Positions 1 to 12,588 of a stretch of 64,000 nucleotides of DNA are shown here, in pieces. A program made the translations under genes and the position numbers. Positions within the stretch are counted from its first letter, which is position 1. Each line of letters opens with the position of its first letter. Origin of the DNA: Aplysia californica (lineage: Eukaryota); NCBI RefSeq assembly GCF_000002075.1, contig NW_004797686.1, forward strand, positions 461,450 to 525,449, in the 5' to 3' direction. Below the pieces are notes generated by a model. That model made no database searches and was not told the DNA's origin. It saw only the letters and a list, made by a program, of their open reading frames with translations.

Positions 1-717
1 GGGGGGGTATACTAAAAGTCCCGATTCATCTCAAAATGATGTATTTTGAGATGTAGGCATTTTTGGATTCTTCAGTTTCTCTTACAACTATATCATCGCA
101 TAAGAACCCACTAAAGCCTTATGTTTTGACATACCTGGCATATTAGTCAACACCATTTCGTCATAAAGTCAATATTTTATCTTTCATTATCGCCCATGTT
201 CTCCAAAATGCAGTTTTTCTATATTATAGGCCTACTTTTTAAAAAAACTCAATTTTTTATCCAATCTTCATAAAAATTTTCACAGAATGAAGAGAAGGTG
301 TAACACAAAAATTTTGTCAGTAGAATGTTCGATATATGGAATAGATTGTGTTGCTCGTGTCTCATGGAGTGTAGATCTTCACGGCTTTTTTTTTTTTTTT
401 GCAAACTTGAATACTACTTCAAGAAAAAAATTCATTCACATTTTTCAATTCATTTCGAAAAAAAAAAAATGAACACACAGATTTATAGATCTATTGTTTG
501 CTACCATGCAGGCAAAATAACCTATTTTCGAGAAAAATAAGTGATGTATTCATTGCGTAAGACATGTCAACAGAACCAATAAGACCACGTACCGTCTCCA
601 TGGGAACGAAACTTTTTACTCAAATTTGATTGCGGATTTTTAGACTCCTCACTACGCTTGTTATAGACTTTTTTCATATCAAATGTGCACATAAGAAATA
701 CAAATGCCACATAGCTA

Positions 718-1358
718 TAGTGCGGTCAAAAATTCGAGGTGCGACATTATTTTTAAATATCTCTTCAACTATCGAACCTCCAATTTTTGCACAGTGACTT
801 GTATCAATGCGTCTAAACAGATCAACGTTTTTGTAAATACCTGCAAGCTGTATTCTAGAACATTCCTTAATAAATACTAATTATTAAAAAATACAAGTGG
901 GTGGTTTCTACTGATTTTTAAATGTTTACAGCTGGGGCAATAGCTTTTAACAGCAAGTCCGTCAGGTTTTTCTAATCGGGACATTATGCTTATTGAACAA
1001 ATGTTTTTGAGAACCATTAGTACAAAAATGTGTTCACTATAACAATAATTTCTTGTAACAAGTTTTGCAAGTAAAAATTGTCTTTGATGAGCTGTGACGT
1101 AGGCCATATGCGTAATCAAAATGTGTGTGAAAAGCGGGAAGTGCTGTGAACAATACCATTTTACGCGCGACAGAGATTTCAAGTATTTCATATAATTTTA
1201 TGAAGAACATTTTTTAAATCTGGCCTCAATTGTTCTAGAAAAATATGATTTAGTTAAGACAAATTGATACAAACTGCTATGCAAAGTATGGATGACACCG
1301 ATTCACCTGTTAAAGAGATATTTGAGGATAAGTTGCACCACGAATTTTGACCGCACTA
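718..1358. mobile_element. Tc1/mariner-type MITE with long TIRs
   Basis: TA|TAGTGCGGTCAAAAATTCGAGGTGCGAC ... GTTGCACCACGAATTTTGACCGCACTA|TA. Inverted similarity extends >100 bp inward. A partial copy lies at ~3457-3545. Confidence 0.8.
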
Positions 1359-2092
1359 TAGGCCTAGATCTAGATCTAGTTCAAATGCCACCTATAGAGT
1401 TTCACGCCACATAGAAAGTTCAAATATACAATGGGAAATTTTAGTGCACGATTGTGTGTAACAAGCTGAAATGTTTAATAATAGCAAATCCAAATTAATG
1501 TAACACAATAGCAAATTCAAATGCCACGACATAGCAAAAGCAAATATTATCCTCCACAAAGATTATTCAGCGTGAGTTGACGACAAGCCTAAACAGTTTT
1601 ATTTTAGGGTGAATTGAGTACCACTTTTTAAAAAAATCACGAGAATGCACCTCCGGAAAAAACCATTCTGCTAGGACTGAAGCAACCAGACATCAGCATA
1701 CAGCAACGCTGATGCAGAACATTTAGAAGTAGGGATTTGACTTCATTGATGAGACTAGTGTCAAGCTGTTGACGAAGTGTAACCGAGGAAGAGCACGGCG
1801 TCATCAATGCTTTGTTCAAGTAGTGCAGGGTCGAAGGGGACCGAACCGCACGATGGCTGTCAGTGCCGAGGGTGGCCTGGTCTTTTACGACTTTCGTGTA
1901 GAGGGAATGTCTGCCATCCCTCTAAGGCACTGTTTTAACAATCCTCACAACGAAGTATTAGTAAGCTTTGTATGTTACAACGCTCGTGCACAAAGGCAAG
2001 CTTTAAATGGAAACTCATCAATAGATTGGGGGTGAAATCCCCCCCCCCCCCTTTTACACACCTTTTCTTAACATCTACAAGAACGCTAGAGA

Positions 2093-2990
2093 ATTTGGAA
2101 ATACGATTTGAAACAGAGGCTCAGTGAAGCAAAAGATGCTCACTCAGTAGACTAATCAACTAAGGATGGTAACACTTGCTCAGTTAATGGAACAAACATT
2201 CCAAGCCGTGACTATAGTGAATATGGCAGCGGCCTTCAGATAATCAATGCAAGCCTATACCGAACGTCTTGTAGTGCAATAATATTGTGTGTGTGGATTT
2301 TTATCGTAACCATTCTTTATTTTAGAAGTTGTTTATTTTCATGTAAAAAAATGTTTTTTGCTTCATTTAACATTTCGTTTCATCAAACAAGACTCGAGGA
2401 GAGATATCTTGCCACCCGCATACAATCTGTGAAAACTTTTCATAATTTGGAAATACGTTTTAGCGGACTGAGTAGCCTAGTGGTTAGTCTACTGGACCTG
2501 TAATCGTGAGAATCGGGTTCGGGGGTTCGAGCCTCAGTTCGATACGGCGATGTGTCCTTGGGAGAGGCACTTTACACGAATTTCCTGTTTGACCCGGTCC
2601 TTTCGGAGATCCTGCCTCTTAAATAACTTAACAGTGTTAAACCTATACCATTTCACCATTGAATAATTACGTTTTTGGGAAATACGATTTGAAACAGTTG
2701 TTTGCTGAAGCAAGAGCTAGAATGATCACTCAGCAGACTCACCAATAAAAGATGGTAACACTTGCCCAGATGATGGAACAAAAAAAACCACCAAACAAAC
2801 AAGCGTGATTATAGTGAATATGACAGCAGCCTTTAGATCAATGGAAGCCTATAGTATTGTGCAACAATAAGTAGGGCCTAAATAAAAGTAAACTTGGCAT
2901 TACATTTCATCCAATTAGTTCAATATACACCAGCAGTTTGTTGATTTTTGTCGTAACCCTTCGTTTCTTCTTAAATATGTGGGTTTATTT
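2093..2990 (+). repeat. Diverged direct duplication (~2093-2345 vs ~2677-2990) separated by a SINE
   Basis: Shared GGAAATACGATTTGAAACAG...GATGGTAACACTTG...TATAGTGAATATG...AAGCCTATA. Confidence 0.7.
2462..2662 (+). mobile_element. tRNA-derived SINE
   Basis: A box TAGCCTAGTGG, B box GGTTCGAGCC, CORE-like GTGTCCTTGGGAGAGGCACTTTAC, (ACCAT)-like tail. Confidence 0.75.
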
Positions 2991-3810
2991 TCGGGTTAAA
3001 AAAAATAACAATTAGTTTCGTTTCCAGTGATTTCTTCCTTGAGGCACCACACGGCTGACATCGAACTTTTTCGATGCAAAAACCCCCCAAACCCTTTAAC
3101 TTTTTACCTTTAAACACTTCTTATACTTTTAGTCTCTTTTTTTTCTCCAGTTCATGCATATTTACATTTGAAATTGCTAGGTGTCATTTGAATTTGCTAT
3201 GTGTTACATTTTAGATTTCTGCGTTTACATTTGAACTTGCTATTGTTGTACATGTATTAGATAGCTAGGACTTTTAATGACGTCATTTGAATATTTGGAT
3301 GTTAGGTGTAATTTGGTCTTTCTATGCGGCATTTGAATTTGTTATAAAAGTGTATAATATTCGAACTGAAAAACTATATGTGAAATTTGGTAAAATTTGA
3401 TGCACTAATAAGCTAAATAGCCCTCAGTTGTAGCCCCCCCCCCTCCCCTTTTATGGTAAGGCAAATTGAAACAAACTGCTATGCAAAGTAGGGGTGACAC
3501 TGATTCACCCGTTAAAGAGATATTTCAGGATAAGTTGCGCCACATAGTTAATCAAAATAGCGTAGACTAATGTAGCTGTGGGCATTTTGCTTACTTTCCC
3601 GTATTAATCGATTCAGTTTTACTTTATCTTGATGTCTTGTGTTTCCGGCCCATGCTGTCATACAGAAGTGAATCTTACTTCGTACGATTGAATTATAAAA
3701 TGCAGAAGCGTATCCACAATGATATCGGTAAAATAGCCGTTTTTTACCCATTTGTTTCAGAGTTCAAGTAACTAAAAACCGGGTAAAAAGCGGAGAATTC
3801 TTCTCGTGTA

Positions 3811-3890
3811 TCATCATCATCATCCTTTTCACCTCGTATCGGAGTACAAGGCCACCAACTAGAGTTCTTCATCAACTTTTGTCCTCTGCT
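3811..3890 (-). mobile_element. RTE-like LINE 3' tail
   Basis: Reverse complement resembles the RTE end at ~37150-37232, with a (TGA)n tail. Confidence 0.55.
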
Positions 3891-4948
3891 TTATAATCTC
3901 TACCGCTGCTCAACTGTATCCCAATTCATAATATTATTATGTACAGTAGCGCTTTGCTTTTACTGGGTGTTTCCCGGCTCGTCTGTTTTAACCAAAACGA
4001 GTACTTTTGAACAATTTTACATCTTATTTGTGAGCTTCGGACTGTCACGTTAATCTAAAATGTGGCAGAATTATATTGTTTGTGTAGCGCTTACGGATTT
4101 TATGAAGTAAACTGTCACGTTGGCCTACTCCGAATCACTAGTTGTATAGTTCATGCATAAACGAAATTCCTATGCTCCGGCAACATCTTCTGTCCCATTA
4201 AATCTAAAAGAACTGCCCCTGGCTGATTGTCCTTTCTTAGTAAAATTTTCTCTCAACTTCTGTCGGGCCTCACCTTCTCAGCACAAATGCATGTTAGCCT
4301 GCTGGGATGTCCTGGGGTCGTTGGGGTTTTTTTTTTCACTCATAAGAAAGGACGGCTGCTGGGAACCATAATTTTTCAGTTTACATTACCTGAAAAATCG
4401 ATAACCCCAAAGAAACACGCATATATTGTACTTTATAGCTCTCCAGATAAGATATTTTTGAGCAAGTTGTCTTGTACAAGCAGTGGAAAGCCGAACTCGC
4501 CACAGAAAATATAGCATTACGGTTTAATTAACCAAACTCAGACAACGCCTTGCGTGAGGCTTAAGGGATACCCCCCCCCCCCCCAACCACCAAACAACAG
4601 TCATAAAATCTTGTCCAGAGCTGATATTGTCACACCCCCCCCCCCAAAAAAAAAAAAACAACAACCCCACTTTAGTTATTAATATAATTCTTTTTCAGGT
4701 ACATGTAGGCCTAGTATTGTTTTCTGGTTGTTAAAAGTATCGCCCCCCCCCCCCCCCCGTTATTTCTTATCAGTTGACTCGTTTCACATGTTATCAAAAG
4801 TACGGTGGTGTATTACAGTATTGTATGATTTTGTACGTATTGCAACAGTGTTGCAGGAGATGTCTCAACAATAATAATTAATACAACGTGGCAGGTTGGC
4901 TATTGCTAATGCACAACGTCTGCAGGATATAGAGCTTCTATACACATA

Positions 4949-5964
4949 CAGTAGTCTCCGCCTAAATGCACGCCATACAAAATCACGCTCCGCTCAAACG
5001 CACGCTTTCGTCATCTGACGGGTTTTATTACTATATAATTTAGACGTACAAACGCACGGTCACTCCCTCTAAACACACGCTTCAATCCGCGAAACACGCC
5101 GACAAGTTATGCTTGGCAAGGGGAAATTTTCACTACAACCCGCACAGCCTGCAGGCAAGCCTAGAATTTACTAGAAAACGGGATATTTGGTAAGAGTGCC
5201 CCTCACGCTGGACAAAGAGAGTGATAGACAGTGTTTACACACCCCACTTTCCACTGACGCATAGGTCTCGGTCTCCGGTTAAATGTTGGGGGGGGGGGGG
5301 GAGGGATGGGATTGGGGGGACTGAAATGTTTTTTGATTGGTCACTGGAAATGTATCTTTGAGGGAAGGTTTCCTACTGGTGTTTGAGTTTGAGTGACCGC
5401 GTGTAATGTTTAGTTAGATCTAGGCCTGATGCGCGAAATGCGTAAAAGCCGTAAAACACTAGACAGGCCTCTATAGGATTAAAGATTAGCCAAGTAAGCC
5501 TAATAAGCGGCGCTCAAAGAACTTATAATGTACTTGTTCAACGAATCACAAGAGAAAATGTTTCTCGAGGATGATTCTGCATGAATTTACGGTCGGGGAC
5601 GGTCGCTTGGAAAGCCACATGGCTGGTCCGTCGACTCTATGACTATCACCAACCGTTTCCTCATAGGCTATCTGTTCCCGACGTTTATAGTGCATACTAT
5701 TCATTACTTTGAGTTTGTTCCCCCATTCAACGCCTTTGTATTCTTAACCCCTGTCGGGGAATCCTTCACAAAACAAAACAGTCACGTGTCGTCACCTTAT
5801 CTGCCAAAATGACCCCCTCCTCCAAGGGAGATTACTAGAGAAGTAAGGAATTGAGATGACTGCGTCCCTTCCTCCCCTTGCAAAGGTTCATGTGATCGCA
5901 CGCTCCGTGTAAACACACGCTCAGGAGCCCTCCCGAGCACCATGCGTTTAGGCGGAGACTACTG
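4949..5964. mobile_element. Tc1/mariner (pogo-like) MITE
   Basis: TA|CAGTAGTCTCCGCCTAAATGCACG ... CATGCGTTTAGGCGGAGACTACTG|TA; subterminal AAAC(G/A)CACG repeats. Confidence 0.88.
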
Positions 5965-6720
5965 TACATTCATCTATGTATTGGGTATGTCTTTAGCTTT
6001 TCCAGACATCTGTCAGTTTCAAAAATCCCCCCCCCCCCCCCCCCCCCCCACACACACACCAATTCAGAGCAAAAGCGGAACGAAACATATATACACACAT
6101 TAGGTGACACATCAATGTATATATTATCAATTTAATAGAAATGCTCAAAAGATAGAATAATGATTTTTGATAGCTCAGCCCTCGACGTATGACAACCCGT
6201 GATCAGTTCTGGGCCATAAGTCAAACTTTCCAAACCAGATCGAAATCCTTATCTACGCGAGACAAATGACAGCACAAAGGGGAATTTTCTTTTCATATAC
6301 TCTACTTAAGATTTTCCTGATTTCGTATCATGAATAGGGCAAAAGATTATGATTTGTTCTTTGTTTTTGCTCAACATATCGGGTACTGTCTGTAGTCTCT
6401 TCTGTATCGTCGGTTCTCCCCACCATCCGCCAAACACACATCATTTCTGGAAACAGCGGGAATATTGCAGTTTCAAATTCTTTTCTTTTTTATTTTAATT
6501 CATTTGTTCCGCATTTGATTTTATGTAATAATTTTGGAAAATGACTTTGCATGATAAGAAATATCTTGACTTCTCATTTTGGGCAACTATTTAACTCTGG
6601 TTATCGTTATTTCTTCTCTTTCCAGGTTCAAATATTCTACCTCTTTGGCTATTCACATCTTCAGTGCAAGAGTCGGAAAGGTTTTGTCATGGGATAAATT
6701 AATCACAAGTGACTCGTACG

Positions 6721-9700
6721 ATGACTGAGCCAATATCAGTAGTTCGCCAGACCACATTCAACACAGAGCCGCCCCTCGATCGTTCTGTCAACGACAACAG
6801 AATCAGACGAGGCAATATCGACCTCCCAATCGTCGATGATCGTCCAGTTTGGGCACCTCAACCCACACATGCCTTGACTGCACTAGATACTGACTTTCGC
6901 AAAGTACATATCGGAAGAGGGGCTCGTGTGAATATATCGAGAGCCCCGCCATCCAGTTACGGCGATTCGTCGGAGCTAGACATATTGTCTGACGTTGGTA
7001 TTGCCGGGGATTCTGACACTGACACCCACGCTTCTGTTAAAACCACACTTTCTCAGTCTGCTAGGCAGAAAATTCGAAGGGAGCCACGTATTAAAGTTCC
7101 TAATGCTAAATTTGATTCGGAAGAACCCACGATACACGAAGAAACGACACAAGACGTACTGGTTCTCCAGACATCTTTGAATGCACACGGGGCCGCAGGC
7201 GGGACCCCCGAAAACCTCGTTCAACCTGGCCAAACGCCAAAGACGATTCTGATCCGAAACAGTGCTTCACGAGAAAGATCTGACGAAAAAGCAAAAGTTA
7301 ATGCAGAGGCTTTGAAAAGTGAGACCCCAGTTAGCCTACTTCCCGACAATGAAATTTTACGAGTCGATTCTTCCTCAGGAATGGGAGAGGCGGCTGCGAA
7401 CTCTGGAGATCAACCATGCAATGAGCAAGTTGATCTAGACTCTTCGTTTTGCGAAAGCGACTGGCAGCCAAAATCGAAGAAAATTCATTGTAAGAAAAAC
7501 AAAGAAACATTTGTAGAAACGGACAGGAAAGTTATTTCATCGAAGTATGAAAAGAACATAAAGCCCGCTTTGCACCCGAACCTCGACATCGGGAAACGCT
7601 GGGCCCAAGGTCAAAAGCCAAATTCTGGCAGGAGAATTGCCAAAACTTCTCAACTGCACCCTGAAAATAACATAGATACACTGAACTCAAACGACGATAA
7701 ACCGCCCCAAGAAATCTTTGAGAAGAGGGCGACAATAACGCCGGGGCAAGCGTCTGTTTCACGCCCCCAAACTCCCTTGACTGTGCAAAATCTCGATTCA
7801 GCACGTTCTTATGAAACTGATAACGGGATTAATTCAGACTGGAACAACGAAAAAGTGAGTGGTATTCCAAAATTTCTCAAAGTGTCTGTTGGGGAAAAAG
7901 ACTCTAATAAAATCCTAAGCCAGAGTGGATTCGCATACCCTGATCCACACACGGTCAAGTCAGAGGAGAAAAACATGGCGACGTCGGACGGTTACGACTA
8001 TGCCAGCGAAACGTTTGAGGAGGTGCTTCAGGAGAGAAACGCAATGGTAAAAACTGAACGAACGTACCAGAAGAGAATAAAGCAGTTAGAAGAAGAGCTG
8101 AAAGGAATGATAAACCAGTGTCAGGTTCTTTCTGACGAAAACAAAGAATTGAGAAAAGAACTGGACGCTTCAAAGTCAACGGGAAGTCGGCCAAAGGCTC
8201 AAACTGAGTCTGACCAAGCTGATGATCCACAGGCAAAGATTGCCCAGCTAGAGAGTCAGAACGAGAATCTTGTACATATAAACGAAAAACTGTCTCTTAA
8301 ACTTAAAGAAACAGACTCAAAAACGAAGCAGCACGATGGTATATTCGTTGAGAACACAAAATTGAAAACTAAAAACGCCGAGTTGGAGCGGAAGATTCAA
8401 GACCTTCAGACACAAATTCAAAAGGATGACATAAACAAACTGAACACCGCTTTAGACGCGAAGAGACGTGGTGTTGAAATATTGTTGGAAGATTCTCAGA
8501 GAGAAAGCAAATTGTTAACTGCAAGGGTAAAAAAACTAGAAGACGAAAATGCATCTCTTGCTGATGTGTTGGATGAAAAGAGAAAAGAAGTGGGAGAGTT
8601 ACTGTTCGCGATGAACAACGAAACGATAACCGAAGACGAACTTAAACAGTCAAAAAAACATTTGGAAAAGGCAGTTGAAGAGTTGGACAGTGTTAGGCGT
8701 GACCTAGAAGACAAGAAAAAGATGTTACAAGTATCCGAAGACGGAAAAGAAAAACTTAAAAGTAGTTTAGCTCAGAGGGAAAATGAAATACGTAAATTGA
8801 AAGTTGACCACGATAACAAAGATAAATTGATAATTGATATTCGGAACAATTTGGATAAAACACGCCAGGATAATCTCAAATACCAAAAGGAAGCAGAAAT
8901 GTCGAAAGAAATGGAGAAAGAGACATACGCCCTGAAATCTAGAATAGGCTCTCTCAAAGCAGAAATTGAAAGTAGCTTATCTGAAAATCATAGACTCAAG
9001 CAAGAAAGGGAGGAATACACTCGAACAGTGGAAAGATTGAAGCAGGAAAACGTGTCTTCAACCGAGGCGATTGCAGAAAGTAAAAAGTATTTCAGAAAAT
9101 GGGAAATGGAGAAGGATGCTAAATCCCAATGTGAAGTGGATCTCGCGAAGAAAGACGATCAGATAAATCTTCTTGATACACGTTTGAGAGAAGCGGCCAA
9201 CAAAATGAATGTCCTCCACGGCAGACTCCGGACGCTTGAAGACGAAAGAGTGAAACTAAACGGGCCCCACTTCCAAGAAATGGAAGCCAATATAAAGATT
9301 CTGAGGGATGAGAACAAAAAACTCCGACAAATGTTAGTGGAAAGAAACATTGAACTTACTAACAAGAAAGCAGAACAGAAGCAATTTGATTCCAGGATTC
9401 AAGCTCTTGAACGAAAGCAGAAAGACTCCGACGTTCGGGTGAAGCAAATGAGTGGCTGGGTCAACAATGGCGCCATTCAAGGCCAAAACTCAAATGCGGT
9501 TCCCAGCACAAATGCACTTCCATATAATCGCATGGACCCAGAACCTAACACTCAGTACACACGCCCTCCCCCTAACGTTCAAAACGGGCGAAATCCTCCG
9601 GGGAAAATGGAGGGTAACAACTCTCGTCCTGTGCTTAGAGCACGTTCAGAGCAACCTCAACAAAAAGACCAAAAGCCTAGGCAGGTATATAATAATAGTG

Positions 9701-9915
9701 ACCACAGGATCAAGAGACCAGCCCCGAAAACAAAACCAGCGCATAATTCAGTGACACCTCCACCAGCGTGGGACCAGGGGAGTGACTTGAGCCACACACC
9801 TCTTAGCTTACCTTTAATACTGGACGCCAAATCAATGACGCCACCAGATCCAAATGGAGGATACTTCCAGATGTACCAAGAGAAGATCAAACGAATGAAG
9901 GAAAGAAAATTTTAG
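6721..9915 (+). CDS. Uncharacterised intronless coiled-coil protein (~1064 aa)
   Basis: 3.2-kb uninterrupted ORF. The first in-frame ATG is at 6721, after an in-frame TAA at 6700. A splice acceptor (ttcttctctttccag|) at 6625 precedes it. Central ~480 aa are E/K/L heptad-rich, with low-complexity flanks. AATAAA at 10199. Confidence 0.85.
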   Translation: MTEPISVVRQTTFNTEPPLDRSVNDNRIRRGNIDLPIVDDRPVWAPQPTHALTALDTDFRKVHIGRGARVNISRAPPSSYGDSSELDILSDVGIAGDSDTDTHASVKTTLSQSARQKIRREPRIKVPNAKFDSEEPTIHEETTQDVLVLQTSLNAHGAAGGTPENLVQPGQTPKTILIRNSASRERSDEKAKVNAEALKSETPVSLLPDNEILRVDSSSGMGEAAANSGDQPCNEQVDLDSSFCESDWQPKSKKIHCKKNKETFVETDRKVISSKYEKNIKPALHPNLDIGKRWAQGQKPNSGRRIAKTSQLHPENNIDTLNSNDDKPPQEIFEKRATITPGQASVSRPQTPLTVQNLDSARSYETDNGINSDWNNEKVSGIPKFLKVSVGEKDSNKILSQSGFAYPDPHTVKSEEKNMATSDGYDYASETFEEVLQERNAMVKTERTYQKRIKQLEEELKGMINQCQVLSDENKELRKELDASKSTGSRPKAQTESDQADDPQAKIAQLESQNENLVHINEKLSLKLKETDSKTKQHDGIFVENTKLKTKNAELERKIQDLQTQIQKDDINKLNTALDAKRRGVEILLEDSQRESKLLTARVKKLEDENASLADVLDEKRKEVGELLFAMNNETITEDELKQSKKHLEKAVEELDSVRRDLEDKKKMLQVSEDGKEKLKSSLAQRENEIRKLKVDHDNKDKLIIDIRNNLDKTRQDNLKYQKEAEMSKEMEKETYALKSRIGSLKAEIESSLSENHRLKQEREEYTRTVERLKQENVSSTEAIAESKKYFRKWEMEKDAKSQCEVDLAKKDDQINLLDTRLREAANKMNVLHGRLRTLEDERVKLNGPHFQEMEANIKILRDENKKLRQMLVERNIELTNKKAEQKQFDSRIQALERKQKDSDVRVKQMSGWVNNGAIQGQNSNAVPSTNALPYNRMDPEPNTQYTRPPPNVQNGRNPPGKMEGNNSRPVLRARSEQPQQKDQKPRQVYNNSDHRIKRPAPKTKPAHNSVTPPPAWDQGSDLSHTPLSLPLILDAKSMTPPDPNGGYFQMYQEKIKRMKERKF

Positions 9916-10198
9916 CAATTCTGAGTTGATCTGTTATATAACGTGTATAAATAGAAATCTGGACGAGTGTTCTTTGCTCCTCGTTAAAAAAGAAAAACAA
10001 ACCACAACATTTTACGAGTAGCCTTGGAAATAGTACCCTTTGGGCACCACAAACTATTTTGTCACCCTTCCTGGGCGTGTGGTGAGTTTTGCCAAAGGCA
10101 AGCAAGAATTGGTTTCTGAGGAGTCCGAAACTAGTTTTACAAGAATTTAGTCACGATGAAATACATTATCTCCATATATATGGATGCATGAATAGTTT

Positions 10199-10204
10199 AA
10201 TAAA
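10199..10204 (+). promoter_or_regulatory. Putative poly(A) signal of the coiled-coil gene
   Basis: AATAAA ~285 nt after the stop codon. Confidence 0.5.
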
Positions 10205-10293
10205 CAGGACTAGAACTCAGTAAGTTCCTTGCTTAATCCGTAGTGCAACATTTAAAATTCCTTTAAGGTATTTGGCTGAAAATCCCCTTCTTT

Positions 10294-10468
10294 TGTCCCT
10301 GTGGTTTTATGCACTCCGCATAATTTAGCAAATTTGATCATTTTTTGCATAATTTTTGATAATTTTCCTTTATCATTCTTTTTAAAATGAACAGAATCGC
10401 ACAATTTCACATTTTTGGGCTCAGTTTGCATAATTTCAGAACTACATTTGCATAAAACGACGGGGACA
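10294..10468 (+). mobile_element. ~175-bp MITE family, copy 1
   Basis: TIR TGTCCCTGTGGTTTTATGCA / TGCATAAAACGACGGGGACA; highly similar copies at 11115 and (inverted) 17262. Confidence 0.8.
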
Positions 10469-10739
10469 GCTTCTTCTAGACCCGTTACAGGCCACTTTGT
10501 TCAGGTTAGCCTGGCTAGAGATAGGTGGCTTATCGTGAAACACGTGAAAAGGTCAAGAAAAAAGGAAGTGGACAGTAGTAGAAATTACTATAACACCACC
10601 CTTCTCCCTTGTGTAGGGACATGGGGGAAAAATTGGCCTGTGTTTCTTAGGAAACCCAAAGTCATTATAATCAATCCCATAGTATCGTCGACCGGTAGGG
10701 TGCCATAGACAACTTCACACTTATCTCATTCGATTGTAG

Positions 10740-11090
10740 GACTTGCCCATGACCTCATAGTCATTATTTCCAGGCCTGTCCTTTGTGTGATGCTTGCCTC
10801 CTATCTTTTTTCTACCTTTTTATGCTGCGCCCTGAAGTGCAGTCTTAGCTAGTCCACGTGATCTTACAAAGTGTCCAAACCTTTTCACTTTGCATCTTTT
10901 CATAGCAGACAACTGACGATTCTCTGCACGGCCCACTGCTTTGCCAAATTCTTTCTAGATCTACATCTATAACTTTTGCATCGTTGGATGATCTTCGTGG
11001 GATATGCTAAGAGCCTTCGAGACAGCATCTAATTCATAAGCTTTTACTCCAAAGTCCGTGTCTCGTAATCATAGTAGAATATGGGACGCG
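10740..11090 (-). mobile_element. Decayed RTE LINE fragment
   Basis: The minus strand encodes KRCKVKRFGHFVRSRGLAKTALQG, similar to the RTE ORF2 C-terminus; stops present. Confidence 0.6.
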
Positions 11091-11114
11091 AAGTTACTGA
11101 CCCAATCAGATCAT

Positions 11115-11290
11115 TCCCCGTGGTTTTATGCACCCCGCATAATTTAGCAAAATTTGATCATTTTTTGCATAATTTCTGATTATTTTCCTATATCATTCTT
11201 TGTTCAAATTAATAGAATCGTATAATTTCTCATTTTTGGGCTCAGTTTGCATAATTTCAGATTTTGTGTGTGTGCATAAAACTGCGGGGA
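11115..11290 (+). mobile_element. ~175-bp MITE family, copy 2
   Basis: TCCCCGTGGTTTTATGCACCCCGCATAAT ... TGCATAAAACTGCGGGGA. Confidence 0.8.
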
Positions 11291-12427
11291 TAGTTGTGGG
11301 GAAGATAGACTCACTACCTGTGCGTTCAATGGCGTAGGGAAAAGAACAAAGGAATGAGAGAAAACCTTTTTATCTGAGTTGAGAGCATGTTTTTGTAATC
11401 CTTGAGACAGGCGTTTTGACACATCACCTTGCTTCCACTTCCATGACTGTTAGGTCTAGTTCTAGTTCAACGCCAAACATATATTATATTACTTTGTATC
11501 ATTTATATTAATATATAAGGAAATCGTTATATTACATAATTATATGCTGCGCAAGTCATTTGGAAAACTAATAGCTCACGAAAAACTATTTTTCGGGGTT
11601 TCAGTTTCAGATGTTTCGTTCAGGATGCTACGTCGTTTCGAATGCACCAATTGTCTTATAATGAGTGCAGTTCAAAAGAGGAGAACTTGACCCTTCATTG
11701 GGATAACGAACTCAGAGGACAATGATTATTCTAGGAAGACAGACACATTCGTCTTAGTGTCTCACACTTCCTTGTGTTTGATCTACATGTAATTCGAAAC
11801 CATTTGAGCTACAGTGGTCTGCTACGTTTGATGGGGGAGAACATAGTGTATGTTGATAGGAAGGAGGAATTGAGGGGTGGTGGTGGAGGAGAAGTCAGTT
11901 GCACTTTTTTGGCTTTCGAACACAACATACATGTAATTAGATCTATTCCCCGCCCCCCCCCCACTGCAAAAATGTTGTGAGTTGCGTTCAACTTAGTAGT
12001 GCCTTCAACTAATGTGATCCATAACCCATTTCAACCTCATATGTCCAGCTCAGTTGTCTATATATCCCCCCCCCCCCAAAAAAAAAGACCCGACGAGGAG
12101 CATAGATTTTAAGCATTATTATTATTAGGGTCCCTTATTATTATTGCTGCTTTTGTTGTTGTTGTTGTATTGTACGTGAATACCCGATGATTATTTCCAT
12201 AACTTTCAATGTCGTGAGTTGTGGATAATACTCTATCCATCTTTGTGAAAAGAACCCAAAACCACATTTCGAAACTGATTAATTATTGTCCTTACTTTAC
12301 TTACTTGCAGTCAGAAGTATAAAATTTTAGTATTCACCTGTGAAGCTTTATATCAGTTGCCACAAAAAGGAGATCCTACAAATGTAGGTGTTTTTAACGT
12401 TCCCTTTGAAATAATTTACATCATTAA

Positions 12428-12588
12428 TTTAGGAACGGGCTTCTACCCTGCCTGTCAGGGCTAACACGGCCAAGAGGGTTAAAACGTCCCAGAAAAAGGA
12501 CCAACAAAAATCCTTCCAACACAGGAATCAAACTCGGGTCTTCTGTGTGCGACAGCAAAGCGTTTTTAACCGCTGCACCACAGACACC
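12428..12588 (-). mobile_element. tRNA-derived SINE (family with copies at ~17790, 28345, 42598, 51767, 63126)
   Basis: Minus strand GGTGTCTGTGGTGCAGCGGTTAA...GAGTTTGATTCC (A/B boxes), then a shared body. Confidence 0.7.

Noticed and set aside
2462-2545. tRNA genes here and at 12510-12588, 44871-44945 and 63255-63332
   Set aside because: A/B boxes are present, but the cloverleaf is broken and each continues into a repeat body, so they are SINE heads.
6709-6720. GTG start given in the ORF track
   Set aside because: Eukaryotic gene; the first in-frame ATG is at 6721.
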